The notes under the pieces: model-generated
What the model saw: the letters and a program-made list of their open reading frames with translations, nothing else
The model's database searches: none
Told to the model about the DNA's origin: nothing
Assembly: GCA_048268245.1 (NCBI GenBank)
Contig: JBLWVX010000007.1
Coordinates: 1 to 64,000 of the forward strand
Reading direction: 5' to 3'
DNA: 64,000 nucleotides
Origin: Arcobacteraceae bacterium
GTDB taxonomy: Bacteria > Campylobacterota > Campylobacteria > Campylobacterales > Arcobacteraceae
Program-made: the position numbers and the translations under genes
Part shown: positions 1-11,612 of the stretch, piece by piece
Position numbering within the stretch: the first letter of the stretch is position 1
How the letters are laid out: each line of letters begins with the position of its first letter

Positions 1-34
1 AGCAAAAAGGCTTTATATGCCTAATTGGAAGAAC

Positions 35-2619
35 ATTTCAATACATCATATGTTTTGGTTCAAGATTAGCATACTTTGCTTGTGTAGCCTCATCCATTTG
101 ATTTCAATACATCATATGTTTTGGTTCAAGTATACCTGCAATATCAATTGATGAGATTGCAGATTGATTTCAATACATCATATGTTTTGGTTCAAGCTTT
201 ATTTTCTTGTATTGATGTAAAAGTTTTACTATTTCAATACATCATATGTTTTGGTTCAAGAAATCACTTCCAATTGAAATTAGTGATGTAACCATATTTC
301 AATACATCATATGTTTTGGTTCAAGAATAGAGTTGTTTTGGGAAGTTGTTGATTGAATGCTATTTCAATACATCATATGTTTTGGTTCAAGCACAAAAAA
401 CAACAGCAGCTGCAGCAACACCAGGATTTCAATACATCATATGTTTTGGTTCAAGCAGATCTTGAAGTTGCCAAATACATCAGCATACTTATTTCAATAC
501 ATCATATGTTTTGGTTCAAGTAACATTTCTGCTGTATTTAGTGATGAAGCTGTATTATTTCAATACATCATATGTTTTGGTTCAAGCTGATTGTATGTGA
601 TCGCATGAAGTCTTGATCTCTATTTCAATACATCATATGTTTTGGTTCAAGAGTAGTATCTATTTTTTTTAAGGTAACTACTCCATAATTTCAATACATC
701 ATATGTTTTGGTTCAAGTATTTAGCTTTAGTAATATCGACCTGTAAATAAGTCATTTCAATACATCATATGTTTTGGTTCAAGAATGTTTTACAGTCGTA
801 GTCAATGGACTACAATAAAATTTCAATACATCATATGTTTTGGTTCAAGGATAGCTTCCTCTGTTTCTACTTTATGATATTTTATTTCAATACATCATAT
901 GTTTTGGTTCAAGGTAACTTTAATTTTATAATCTGATATCTTTTCAAATATTTCAATACATCATATGTTTTGGTTCAAGAGGCTTAAGATTATGAATTTA
1001 ACAAAAATAGCCTAATTTCAATACATCATATGTTTTGGTTCAAGTTTATCTCAGGGATCTTAAAAGCTCTCTCTAGAGTTATTTCAATACATCATATGTT
1101 TTGGTTCAAGAAGTCTAACTCTGCTATCTCTTCTAGATCTAACATTATTTCAATACATCATATGTTTTGGTTCAAGCAAAGTTTCTTAAGAGAGCTTGTC
1201 TCTTGTAGTAAATTTCAATACATCATATGTTTTGGTTCAAGGCTCTGATCCAGTTCTAAGAGTATAGATATTCCCTAATTTCAATACATCATATGTTTTG
1301 GTTCAAGAAGACAATGGCTGAAAGTGAGAGTTAATACTCTTTAATTTCAATACATCATATGTTTTGGTTCAAGTTATGTATTAGATAGAACTTTTATCAA
1401 TGCAGGAACATTTCAATACATCATATGTTTTGGTTCAAGGATATTACAACTGCCATGTGCCAAAAGATTATAAAATTTCAATACATCATATGTTTTGGTT
1501 CAAGGACTCAAAGATATTCAAAAGTTCATAGAGATAGTGATTTCAATACATCATATGTTTTGGTTCAAGTTTGCTTTTTGCATATTCTTTAAAATCACAA
1601 TTAACATTTCAATACATCATATGTTTTGGTTCAAGACACGAGAAACTAAGAATGCAAGTTTATTTAGCAAAATTTCAATACATCATATGTTTTGGTTCAA
1701 GATTGTCTGCACCATCATTTGTAACTCTAAGTTTCCCATTTCAATACATCATATGTTTTGGTTCAAGATTTGCAATTGTAGGGCTTAATTCTAAATTTTG
1801 CTTATTTCAATACATCATATGTTTTGGTTCAAGAAGTCTATAAAAGTATTTATTTTATCTTCATCAATATTTCAATACATCATATGTTTTGGTTCAAGCT
1901 TCTGCAAAATTAGCTGGAACAATCATTTCTTTTATTTCAATACATCATATGTTTTGGTTCAAGCTTATTGAATTACAAAAAATCATCTACTAATTGTTAT
2001 TTCAATACATCATATGTTTTGGTTCAAGCCAATTTGTTGAAAGTTAAATAATAATGGAAAAGCTATTTCAATACATCATATGTTTTGGTTCAAGTGGATA
2101 GAAGCGTATACTCTTCCGTTTATGTCTGTATTTCAATACATCATATGTTTTGGTTCAAGAAACCAAATTGTCTTTCTGTTTCCTTATCTAATGCTATTTC
2201 AATACATCATATGTTTTGGTTCAAGTGGCCTGCTGTGTCTGCTGCATCAAATAATAACTGATTTCAATACATCATATGTTTTGGTTCAAGAGGCGTAATA
2301 TCCTCTATTTTTATATTTATAATTATATTTCAATACATCATATGTTTTGGTTCAAGCTTCTCTTACTTGTGCTAAAAAATGTGCAACTCTCAGATTTCAA
2401 TACATCATATGTTTTGGTTCAAGAAACATTTCAGCATTGTATTTCGGATTATCCCCTATTTCAATACATCATATGTTTTGGTTCAAGCATGATTTATTTC
2501 ATATACAATCTCTATACTATCTGATTTCAATACATCATATGTTTTGGTTCAAGAAAAGATGAATTTCTTTTAAATACTATGTTATCAGTATTTCAATACA
2601 TCATATGTTTTGGTTCAAG
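35..2619 (-). CRISPR. CRISPR array: 40 identical 30-bp repeats, 39 complete spacers of 34-37 bp, plus a partial spacer at 1-34; continues past the left edge
   Basis: Repeat is ATTTCAATACATCATATGTTTTGGTTCAAG on + (CTTGAACCAAAACATATGATGTATTGAAAT on -), counted from 35 to 2590-2619. The 3' ATTGAAAT end on - is typical of type I-B repeats, and the leader lies on the cas2 side. Confidence 0.98.
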
Positions 2620-2783
2620 GAAGATAAAATCGTTCATCATAAAATCATCTTTCCCATAAAAAGGTCTTTTCAAAAAGTTTTTCCAAACAATTATTATAAA
2701 AACAATAAATTGTAAAAGAACTCTTTAAAAGTACGATATTATAGCTATTTTTAGATGATATTGTTTTTAAGTAGATTGGAAAA
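2620..2783 (-). promoter_or_regulatory. CRISPR leader
   Basis: AT-rich non-coding stretch between the cas2 stop and the first repeat; contains TATAAT hexamers on -. Confidence 0.8.
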
Positions 2784-4116
<1,333 letters not shown>

Positions 4117-4133
4117 TTGTACCCTTTGCTTTT

Positions 4134-4631
4134 TTATATAAAACAGTACTCATAATAAGCACATTTTCTACACTTTGACTCAAACTTTGCTTGTGGTGGA
4201 GTATCTTGATTTATCAAAGTTTCAATTTCATTCAAAATCTTTAAAAGCTTTTTTTCACTTAGCTCATCAAGTTCAATATAATGTATTTTTTTATCTTGTT
4301 TGTTTTTCTCAATAAACTCAATCTTGCCTTTTTTTATCACGCCTTTTTGCTTTAGTTTATAAAGATAAAGTAAAACTTGCCATTTTACAGACTCCACATC
4401 ACTGTCAGATTTTTTTACCTCAACCAAATAATCTCTTGTAAGCTTGTCGATTTTTATATTTTCTATACTTATTTCAGATTTTTTAGATTTTTCTTCATTT
4501 ATTTCATGTAAGATTTTCCCTATTCGAACATCTTCATTATTATCTTCTAGGTTTATACGGTTTGCATGAAGCCATAATTTTTTCTTACATATAAAAAAGT
4601 ATGAGATTAATGTTCCATTTATATTTACCAA
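4134..4631 (-). CDS. cas4: CRISPR-associated exonuclease Cas4
   Basis: N-terminal Cys (CKKKLW), IDKL..VEVKKS nuclease motif, C-terminal CRKCAYYEYC Fe-S ligands. Confidence 0.96.
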   Translation of the reverse strand: MVNINGTLISYFFICKKKLWLHANRINLEDNNEDVRIGKILHEINEEKSKKSEISIENIKIDKLTRDYLVEVKKSDSDVESVKWQVLLYLYKLKQKGVIKKGKIEFIEKNKQDKKIHYIELDELSEKKLLKILNEIETLINQDTPPQAKFESKCRKCAYYEYCFI

Positions 4632-7096
4632 AACAACCCCTCAATCCTATCTTTCACATATTGATTTAAAATAAGACCTTTTTGAATATCAAAAACTTCA
4701 TCTGTAGCAAGATAAATATGATGTGCAGACTCAAAATCACTAATAATATCAAAAATCATTTTTTCTTTAGAACCCTTATAATAAAAATTTTGATTAACAA
4801 TATATAAACTAATCTCTTTTTTAATTTTAGAATATTCACTATCTATTGCTTTCATATTTTTCCAAAAATTCTTATCTTTTTCTATTAGCTTCTTTTTCTC
4901 ATCAAGTTCTTTTAATATCTTCCATAATTTATTAGCCTCATCATTTATAGGGATAAAAAAACTAAAAGATAAAGGAGCAGAAGATATTAAGGTAAAATAC
5001 TCATCTATTTTTTTATATTCAAGCCTTTTAAATAATTCATCAATCTTTGTTATTTCAGGCTGTGTATTGTAATAACTATCTAATAGTTTATATTCAAGAA
5101 TCTCTTTTTCTGATATACTTTTATAATCTTGAAGTATCCTGCTTGTTTGTTCAATATCATAATCACTATATATTTTATATCCCTGAAATCCATTATCATT
5201 TTTTATAATAATAACATCGGCTTTTCCAATTTGAGATTTTTCACCACTCCTATTTCTTCTTCCCATTGATTGAATAATCAAATCTAATGGAGCTAATTCT
5301 TCAATACCATCTTCTAAAGATATATCAACACCTGCTTGTATTAATTGAGTTGCAACTACTATTTGTTTTATACCTTTCTTAGAATTATTTTTGATTTTTG
5401 ATATTATCTTTTTTCTATGATATGGTGTTATTGCACTTGTTAGTAAAAAAATATCCTCTTTCTCATAACCTTCATCTTCTATTGATATTAAATAATCATA
5501 TATAGCATTAGCACTATTTATTGTATTAACTCTAAAAAGTAGATCTCTTTTAGTTTTTAATTTTTCATTGATTTTTTGAAACAAATCTTTATATTCATAT
5601 ACTTTTAGATTATTTTCCTCATTTGTAATATCTATATTAATCACATACCTATTAAAAAACTTATCTATCTCATCTTTTGATAATATTTTATCAACTGATT
5701 GCATCGTATAACTATTTGATAATATATCCTTTGAGATATTAGGAAAAGTTGCACTTGCAACAATAATCTTACAGTTAAACACTTCACTCATAAATTTTAA
5801 AAATTTAGAAACTGCATACATTAAATTTAAAGGTATTAACTGTATTTCATCTATAAGAATCACACTATTTGAAAACTGATGAAATCTTTTTAAAAGTGAA
5901 TTCTTTCTTTTAAATATTCCATAAAAAAGTTGATGAAATGAGGTAACAATAAACTCACTATCCAAAGTATCCAATAAAAATTGTTTTTTATCAATATCAT
6001 ATTCTTCATTTGATTTATCGACTATAAACTCACCACTTAAAGAATGTTTTTCTAAAAATACTTTGTTATTAGAAGTATCAATATCCATAAAATCTAATAA
6101 TTCTTTTAATATCCCTGCATTTTGTTCAATAAGTGTAATAAATGGTAAAAGATAAAAAACTTTTCGACTTGTTTCCTTTTGTTTAATATCTATTGCAAGT
6201 TTATATAAAAGAAGAGTTTTCCCAGCTCCCGTTGGAAGTTTTATAAAAAACACATCATTTGATTTATTATTATCATATTCAGATACTAAATTCTGATATA
6301 TTTTTTCACGTACTTCATCTAATGGTGTTTTATCTCTAATTTTGAAATACTCATTTTTAAACTCTTCAACTTTTTTAGAATCTACTAAAGTATTTAAATT
6401 ATTAATACTATCTTCCCTAAATATAGCATCTTGTTTATCTGCATAAATAAGTAAAGAAAAAAGTAAATTAAAAACTAAAAAATCATTTTCTTTATAATTA
6501 TTTTTAAATCTAAAATATCCTTCATCAATAACATCTTCATTAAATTCTTCTTCTAAAAACTCACCAAATTTTAAAGTAATATTTTCAACTTCTAAAAAAT
6601 ACTTATATAATCTATCTATTTCTTCAGCATTATTTTTTATTGTTTGATAGATATTTAAAATATTTTCTAACTCATTCTCTTCAAAAAACTGCATAGATTT
6701 TGAGTCATCAAGATTTAAGTGATGGTAACGAATAGCCATAAACACAAAAGATGATATTCTCTTATCAAAATCAAAAATTTCTCTTGCTATAAAAAAACCA
6801 AAAAAAGCAGATATAAGTCCATGCTCTGAAAGTCTTTTTTCTCCTTTTTCAAGTTCTTTTTCTTGTATAATTTTCTTTTGAAAATAAAATGATGCTTTTC
6901 CAAAATCATGACAATAAACTACTATTTTCAGCATCTCTTCAAATTCATTTTTTGAGATACTTAAATTATCAAAATCAATCAATAAACTATCAAATCTTTT
7001 TTTAGCCTTTTTATATACTTCATCCAAATGAACCACAAGTTTTCGCTGTGGTTCAGAATGGGAAATAAGACTAAATGAATTGATAAAGTCTTCCAT
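4625..7096 (-). CDS. cas3: Cas3 HD nuclease-helicase
   Basis: HDFGKA HD motif, LPTGAGKT Walker A, DEIQ, ASAT, ATQLIQAGVDIS, QSMGRRNR. Start could be 7096 or 7108. Confidence 0.96.
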   Translation of the reverse strand: MEDFINSFSLISHSEPQRKLVVHLDEVYKKAKKRFDSLLIDFDNLSISKNEFEEMLKIVVYCHDFGKASFYFQKKIIQEKELEKGEKRLSEHGLISAFFGFFIAREIFDFDKRISSFVFMAIRYHHLNLDDSKSMQFFEENELENILNIYQTIKNNAEEIDRLYKYFLEVENITLKFGEFLEEEFNEDVIDEGYFRFKNNYKENDFLVFNLLFSLLIYADKQDAIFREDSINNLNTLVDSKKVEEFKNEYFKIRDKTPLDEVREKIYQNLVSEYDNNKSNDVFFIKLPTGAGKTLLLYKLAIDIKQKETSRKVFYLLPFITLIEQNAGILKELLDFMDIDTSNNKVFLEKHSLSGEFIVDKSNEEYDIDKKQFLLDTLDSEFIVTSFHQLFYGIFKRKNSLLKRFHQFSNSVILIDEIQLIPLNLMYAVSKFLKFMSEVFNCKIIVASATFPNISKDILSNSYTMQSVDKILSKDEIDKFFNRYVINIDITNEENNLKVYEYKDLFQKINEKLKTKRDLLFRVNTINSANAIYDYLISIEDEGYEKEDIFLLTSAITPYHRKKIISKIKNNSKKGIKQIVVATQLIQAGVDISLEDGIEELAPLDLIIQSMGRRNRSGEKSQIGKADVIIIKNDNGFQGYKIYSDYDIEQTSRILQDYKSISEKEILEYKLLDSYYNTQPEITKIDELFKRLEYKKIDEYFTLISSAPLSFSFFIPINDEANKLWKILKELDEKKKLIEKDKNFWKNMKAIDSEYSKIKKEISLYIVNQNFYYKGSKEKMIFDIISDFESAHHIYLATDEVFDIQKGLILNQYVKDRIEGLFW

Positions 7097-7832
7097 CTCT
7101 ATCTTCATAAAGTTTACTTTCTAAATTTTTTTTATTTTTTATCTTAAGACTATAATCTCCTACAAAACTTATCATCTCCTTTGTTTTTGGTAAACTTCTA
7201 TCAATATTGAAAGATATAGGAATAAGCTCATTATAAAAAGCCACAGGTTTAGTAATCCTGAAATCAATAACACCTTTTTCAAATGAAGTATAAATATTAT
7301 CTGTAATATTTTCTGCTTCTTTTACTTCTATAGGTTCAACTTTATCTATTTTTGCAAAAAGCTGTTGCATTCCAAGATTAGGATTATAAACAAATCTTCC
7401 ATCCTTTAATCTATTAAAAAATATATCATGTACTTTTTTGTTATCTTCTTCAACATCATTATCAATTATAATAAATATTTCCCACTTAATATCTTTTAAA
7501 AATTCGTACCTAGTAGGACTTCTTTGTCCTCTAGCAGGTGGATTTTTTATTGCATTTTCATTAAAAGTAAACTTTGCACTTTTCCCTTGCATTAAATTTA
7601 TACCTACAGTATCTTTTTTTATTTTCGAAGTTAAAAGTTTAACTGCATAATCAAACTTATCAAAAGGAAGATTCAAAATATAATCTTTTTTACTCCATCC
7701 CATAATAGCACCTATCATGCCCAATATTGCAGTTTTGGGTGGTATTACAAAAGATTGTGGTTGATTATTAGCAAATGGCTTTTTAAATAAAGCATAATCA
7801 CCACTTAACCTAAATTTAATTGCTTGTTTCAT
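7071..7832 (-). CDS. cas5: Cas5 (type I-B)
   Basis: N-terminal GDYALFKKP..PPKTAILGMIGAIMG RAMP motif; YNPNLG. Confidence 0.93.
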   Translation of the reverse strand: MKQAIKFRLSGDYALFKKPFANNQPQSFVIPPKTAILGMIGAIMGWSKKDYILNLPFDKFDYAVKLLTSKIKKDTVGINLMQGKSAKFTFNENAIKNPPARGQRSPTRYEFLKDIKWEIFIIIDNDVEEDNKKVHDIFFNRLKDGRFVYNPNLGMQQLFAKIDKVEPIEVKEAENITDNIYTSFEKGVIDFRITKPVAFYNELIPISFNIDRSLPKTKEMISFVGDYSLKIKNKKNLESKLYEDRDGRLYQFI

Positions 7833-7833
7833 T

Positions 7834-8805
7834 TTATTTTAACTCTTCTATTTGTTTACCTTTGATTGTAAAGTAAGTAACTTTCTCTTTTAGCTTATCA
7901 TCTAATTGTAAAAAGTCTTTTTCAAAAGAGAAACTATCTACATAAATACTTACACTTTTTATTAAATCTTCAGATTTATTTAAAAAGCATTCAAGTTTTG
8001 AAAAATCCAAATCACTTTTTATATCATCAAATTTTCTATATTTAAACTTTTTCTCATCTTTTAAAGATATAGAATATTCAATATCTGGTATTTTGTAATA
8101 ATCATCATTATATTCTATATCAATAAATAACCTTGATTGTTGTCCAGTTTTTGAACGAGTATTTTTAGTATTTATTTCATTCCAAAGTGCTATTTTCATT
8201 TTTTCTAAATCTTTTAAATCTTTATTTATAAGATTTTCTACTGCTGTAGTTGGATTAAAATACCCAACACAAGAGAAAAGCCCATAAGGAAGATAAGAAA
8301 AAGTTGCCATAGAACCTTGTGTTTTATCTTCACCACTTTTCATAATAGTAGTATTTTGAGTCGTAGGTAAAAATACTTTATTTAGTGTTCTATTGAATAA
8401 TTTAAATTGAACTGCACCTGTTGCTTGTGTATTATATTGTCCTGTCTTACCAGCAACAACTGTTCCAAAAAGTCTTACATCTATACATTTTGTCTTCAAC
8501 TTCTCTAAGTTTTTAACTTCATCATAGACTTCTTTATTTTTATCATCTTTTTTAATTGTTTTTTTATTGTCTGCTAACTGTATAGCCCTTGTTCCTGTCG
8601 TTTCTTTGGCACCTTTTTCAGAATAAAATATAGTTTCATCTTCAAAATTTAAATCAATAAAATCTCTAATATACCTTTTTAATCTTACATCAGAAACTAA
8701 AGCCATTTGAACATCTTCATCATATCTTTGTTCTCCAGTAAATGGATCACCATTAGGTACACAATCTTTTGCATCATATAAAAATATAAACTCTCTTTTA
8801 TTCAT
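7834..8805 (-). CDS. cas7: Cas7 (Csh2-type, type I-B)
   Basis: FLYDAKDCVPNGDP, VSDVRLKRYIRD, DVRLFG, TGAVQF; AGGAG RBS before ATG at 8805. Confidence 0.93.
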   Translation of the reverse strand: MNKREFIFLYDAKDCVPNGDPFTGEQRYDEDVQMALVSDVRLKRYIRDFIDLNFEDETIFYSEKGAKETTGTRAIQLADNKKTIKKDDKNKEVYDEVKNLEKLKTKCIDVRLFGTVVAGKTGQYNTQATGAVQFKLFNRTLNKVFLPTTQNTTIMKSGEDKTQGSMATFSYLPYGLFSCVGYFNPTTAVENLINKDLKDLEKMKIALWNEINTKNTRSKTGQQSRLFIDIEYNDDYYKIPDIEYSISLKDEKKFKYRKFDDIKSDLDFSKLECFLNKSEDLIKSVSIYVDSFSFEKDFLQLDDKLKEKVTYFTIKGKQIEELK

Positions 8806-10633
8806 TATTTTCTCCTTTATTTTTTTCATCTTCATTTGGTTTTATAGGGTCTTTTTCAGATTTAATATTCGTGTATAAACCATTTCCTAAAAATAAACCA
8901 AATATAAACTCGTCTTTATTAAAACTGCTATCACTAAGATTTAGCATCTCTAAAGTTGCTAACCTACTATTTACACTTTGCAAGCCATCAAAAGAATGAA
9001 ACTTTGTCTTTGCAAATATTTCATTTATGAAAGATTGTAAAGAGTTTAAACTATTTCTCTCAACTCTTTTCCCAACAAATGATAAAACTTTTTTATCATA
9101 ATTATTTATCGACCAACTAAGAATATCTATAGATAAACCTAAGCATACACCTATTCTCATTGAAGCTGAATCTTTTACAAGATTACCCGTACTTAAAAAG
9201 TTTGATAATTTTTCTTCATAAGTTTTACCTTCAAATAATTTCTGACTTTTTTCCTCTTCGCTCATTTTTAACTCACCTTTATTTAATTTATCTATCCAAT
9301 TTAAGAAAATATAATTCTCTTTTTTGGGAATATAAATATATGCCCCTTTCATATTTCTTTTACTTACATCATATTGCATTTTTTCGTTCATCAATAAAAT
9401 TAAATTATCACAATCTATTTTATCTCCTAATGCAATTTTTCTAAAAAGTGATGTTCTAAACTTTTTATATTCATTTTTATTATAAATTTGATAAATATGA
9501 TTTTGCCAATAAAAATTTGTAAAATCATGATTGAACTGTTTTTCAAAGAACTCTTTTAATGATCCATCAAATAATTTTGAAGTTTCTACTAAATAAGAAG
9601 GGATCACATCTTTTATAAACTCAATTATCTCTTTACCACCTCCAGTTTTTGCTGGTTCGAAAAAATAAAAATTTAATAAAATCTCTTTTCGATTAGATAA
9701 ATTATCTTTAACTAAATCTAAAAATCCTTTAAAATTATTCTTAGATAATCTTACATCATTTTGAAATTCATTTAAAGCGTTATCACTTAAAGATGTAGCT
9801 GTTATATATGATTTCATTCCCATAAAATAAAATTCATGAAAAGATTCTAAATAAGTTTTTCCAATCATGAAATTTATATATGCTTCTTTTGATAGTAAAA
9901 ATAAGTTCTTATCATCTTTTAAATCATATTTTACATTTACTTTATCTGTAGAATATGGATAATAAAAACTACCACTTGGAGAATATAGTTCAGTCTCTAT
10001 ATTTAGTATATTACAATTACCAATTACCCTTTGTTTTAATTTTCCACTTCCGTGGTATACCTCTTCTGAAATATTAGAAAACTCTATCTCTTCAAATTTT
10101 TTAAAAATACTTTTTTGACTACTTATATAATAAGTTTTATCATTCTGCTTAAATTTTAAAACAATTGCTATAGTTTCGCTTTTTTTATTTTTCTCTTCAT
10201 TCGCTTTTAAAAGTCCCAAATTAGCTAAATCTAAAATTGAATCTATATTATCAACTATCTTACTACTTAACTTTTTTAAAAAGTTTTTTTCTTCTATTTC
10301 ATTATTTAATTTATATACCTTTTCTATCTCTTTTAATCCATTATCAAATTTCTTTAATAGTTTCTTTTTCTCTTTAGTAATTTCAGATTTAGTTACAATA
10401 AATGAAGTAGGGAAAAAATATAATGTACTACCTTTTTTACCTCTATGTACACCAAACTCTAAATATTTTTCTCTATCATTTATAGATTGAATAGTTTTGT
10501 TAGGCTTGAATTTAAATTCTTTTCCATCCCATTCTAAAATAATCTCTACATAGAAATTAGATAATCCTTTAAATGTAAAAACTGATGCTAATTCATTTGA
10601 TACTTTTCCAATATCAACAATCTCTTTTAACAT
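8798..10633 (-). CDS. cas8b: Cas8b large subunit (Csh1/TM1802-like)
   Basis: 611 aa between cas6 and cas7; YPYSTDK loop; helical C-terminus ending FIFGLFLG. Assigned mostly by position. Confidence 0.8.
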   Translation of the reverse strand: MLKEIVDIGKVSNELASVFTFKGLSNFYVEIILEWDGKEFKFKPNKTIQSINDREKYLEFGVHRGKKGSTLYFFPTSFIVTKSEITKEKKKLLKKFDNGLKEIEKVYKLNNEIEEKNFLKKLSSKIVDNIDSILDLANLGLLKANEEKNKKSETIAIVLKFKQNDKTYYISSQKSIFKKFEEIEFSNISEEVYHGSGKLKQRVIGNCNILNIETELYSPSGSFYYPYSTDKVNVKYDLKDDKNLFLLSKEAYINFMIGKTYLESFHEFYFMGMKSYITATSLSDNALNEFQNDVRLSKNNFKGFLDLVKDNLSNRKEILLNFYFFEPAKTGGGKEIIEFIKDVIPSYLVETSKLFDGSLKEFFEKQFNHDFTNFYWQNHIYQIYNKNEYKKFRTSLFRKIALGDKIDCDNLILLMNEKMQYDVSKRNMKGAYIYIPKKENYIFLNWIDKLNKGELKMSEEEKSQKLFEGKTYEEKLSNFLSTGNLVKDSASMRIGVCLGLSIDILSWSINNYDKKVLSFVGKRVERNSLNSLQSFINEIFAKTKFHSFDGLQSVNSRLATLEMLNLSDSSFNKDEFIFGLFLGNGLYTNIKSEKDPIKPNEDEKNKGENNE

Positions 10634-11373
10634 ACAATCCCCTTCCCAAGAACAAACCCTCCGCCATAACTTTGGCGCTCACCTAAGCCACAAGCAAGTG
10701 CTACAAATGCAAGTTTTTGACTTATTTCATCTTCATTTACTATTATTTTAAACTTATTTCCAAAAAGTCTTACTTTTTGCTCTTTTTTATCATTTATTTT
10801 TTTAGTAAAGTAAATTGATTGAGGTTTTTGGTTTTTTATTTCAAAAAGTTGTATAAAGTTCGAAGTAGCATTTAAGTCTTCATTATAAAATGACTTATAT
10901 TTTTTTAATAAGTTATCTTGAAGTTGCTTTTGTAAAACAAAAATATCATCTTTGATACTCCAAAACATCTGTTTCTCACCTTTTTGTCTTGGAAGTGATA
11001 CTATTACAGGTGTTGCGCTATACAATTCTGTTATAAAAAACTGTTTTACGACTTTTTTATTTGTTTCAACTATTTGTAAGAAGTGATTATTTATATTTTC
11101 ACGAAGATGACTAGACAGTAAGTCTATAAATTCTTCATCAAGTGAACGAAGAGTAAAATTATAAATTTTTCCTTTCTTATAGAGTTTATCTTTTTCAAGG
11201 GGATAAAACCCACCAAAACTATAAGCCTTAAAGCCTTTTTGTCCATGTAACTGTTTTAGTCTTTCATCTTTTAACATAGAAAAATTTATAAATTTTGAGA
11301 TTACATCAAAACTATTTACAAACTCTATGTCTTCTTTTATAAATGCTGTGCATATTAGTTCAAAGTATTTCAT
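10627..11373 (-). CDS. cas6: crRNA-processing endoribonuclease Cas6
   Basis: C-terminal G-rich loop GLGERQSYGGGF; YSFGGFYP; SATPVIV. Confidence 0.95.
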   Translation of the reverse strand: MKYFELICTAFIKEDIEFVNSFDVISKFINFSMLKDERLKQLHGQKGFKAYSFGGFYPLEKDKLYKKGKIYNFTLRSLDEEFIDLLSSHLRENINNHFLQIVETNKKVVKQFFITELYSATPVIVSLPRQKGEKQMFWSIKDDIFVLQKQLQDNLLKKYKSFYNEDLNATSNFIQLFEIKNQKPQSIYFTKKINDKKEQKVRLFGNKFKIIVNEDEISQKLAFVALACGLGERQSYGGGFVLGKGIVC

Positions 11374-11451
11374 ATTAACTCCATTTTTTACATCACTATT
11401 TTATCGCTTTATTATTTTAAAAAAATTAAATACATATTAAAATAACAGTTT

Positions 11452-11529
11452 TTATACAAACTTCTCATCCTCTTCAAAAAAAGTATCGTATATCATATAT
11501 AGCATTCCTACAAACATAAAAAGTTCCAT
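11452..11529 (-). CDS. Uncalled 25-aa peptide MELFMFVGMLYMIYDTFFEEDEKFV
   Basis: AAGGA Shine-Dalgarno closely upstream of ATG at 11529; open to TAA at 11452-11454; hydrophobic N-half and acidic tail. Confidence 0.5.
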   Translation of the reverse strand: MELFMFVGMLYMIYDTFFEEDEKFV

Positions 11530-11575
11530 TTTTTATCCTTTTTGAATATTTATAAAAAGTTTACTATACTTAGTA

Positions 11576-11589
11576 GACATTATAATGTC
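11576..11589. promoter_or_regulatory. Perfect palindrome GACATTATAATGTC; candidate operator overlapping divergent -10 boxes
   Basis: Self-complementary 14-mer with TATAAT on both strands, 23 nt upstream of the WYL ATG. Confidence 0.6.
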
Positions 11590-11612
11590 CGTTTTTATAC
11601 TAGGAAAAACTT

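Noticed and set aside
261..295. Spacer containing ATTGAAAT, the repeat terminus in inverted orientation
   Set aside because: 8-nt AT-rich match with normal spacer length; no sign of an inverted repeat unit.
357..2562. Eight + strand ORFs within the array
   Set aside because: They are translations of CRISPR repeats (recurring FQYIICFGS / ISIHHMFWFK), not genes.
1..2619. Self-targeting spacers within the window
   Set aside because: None noticed by eye, but this was not an exhaustive alignment and the rest of the genome is unseen.
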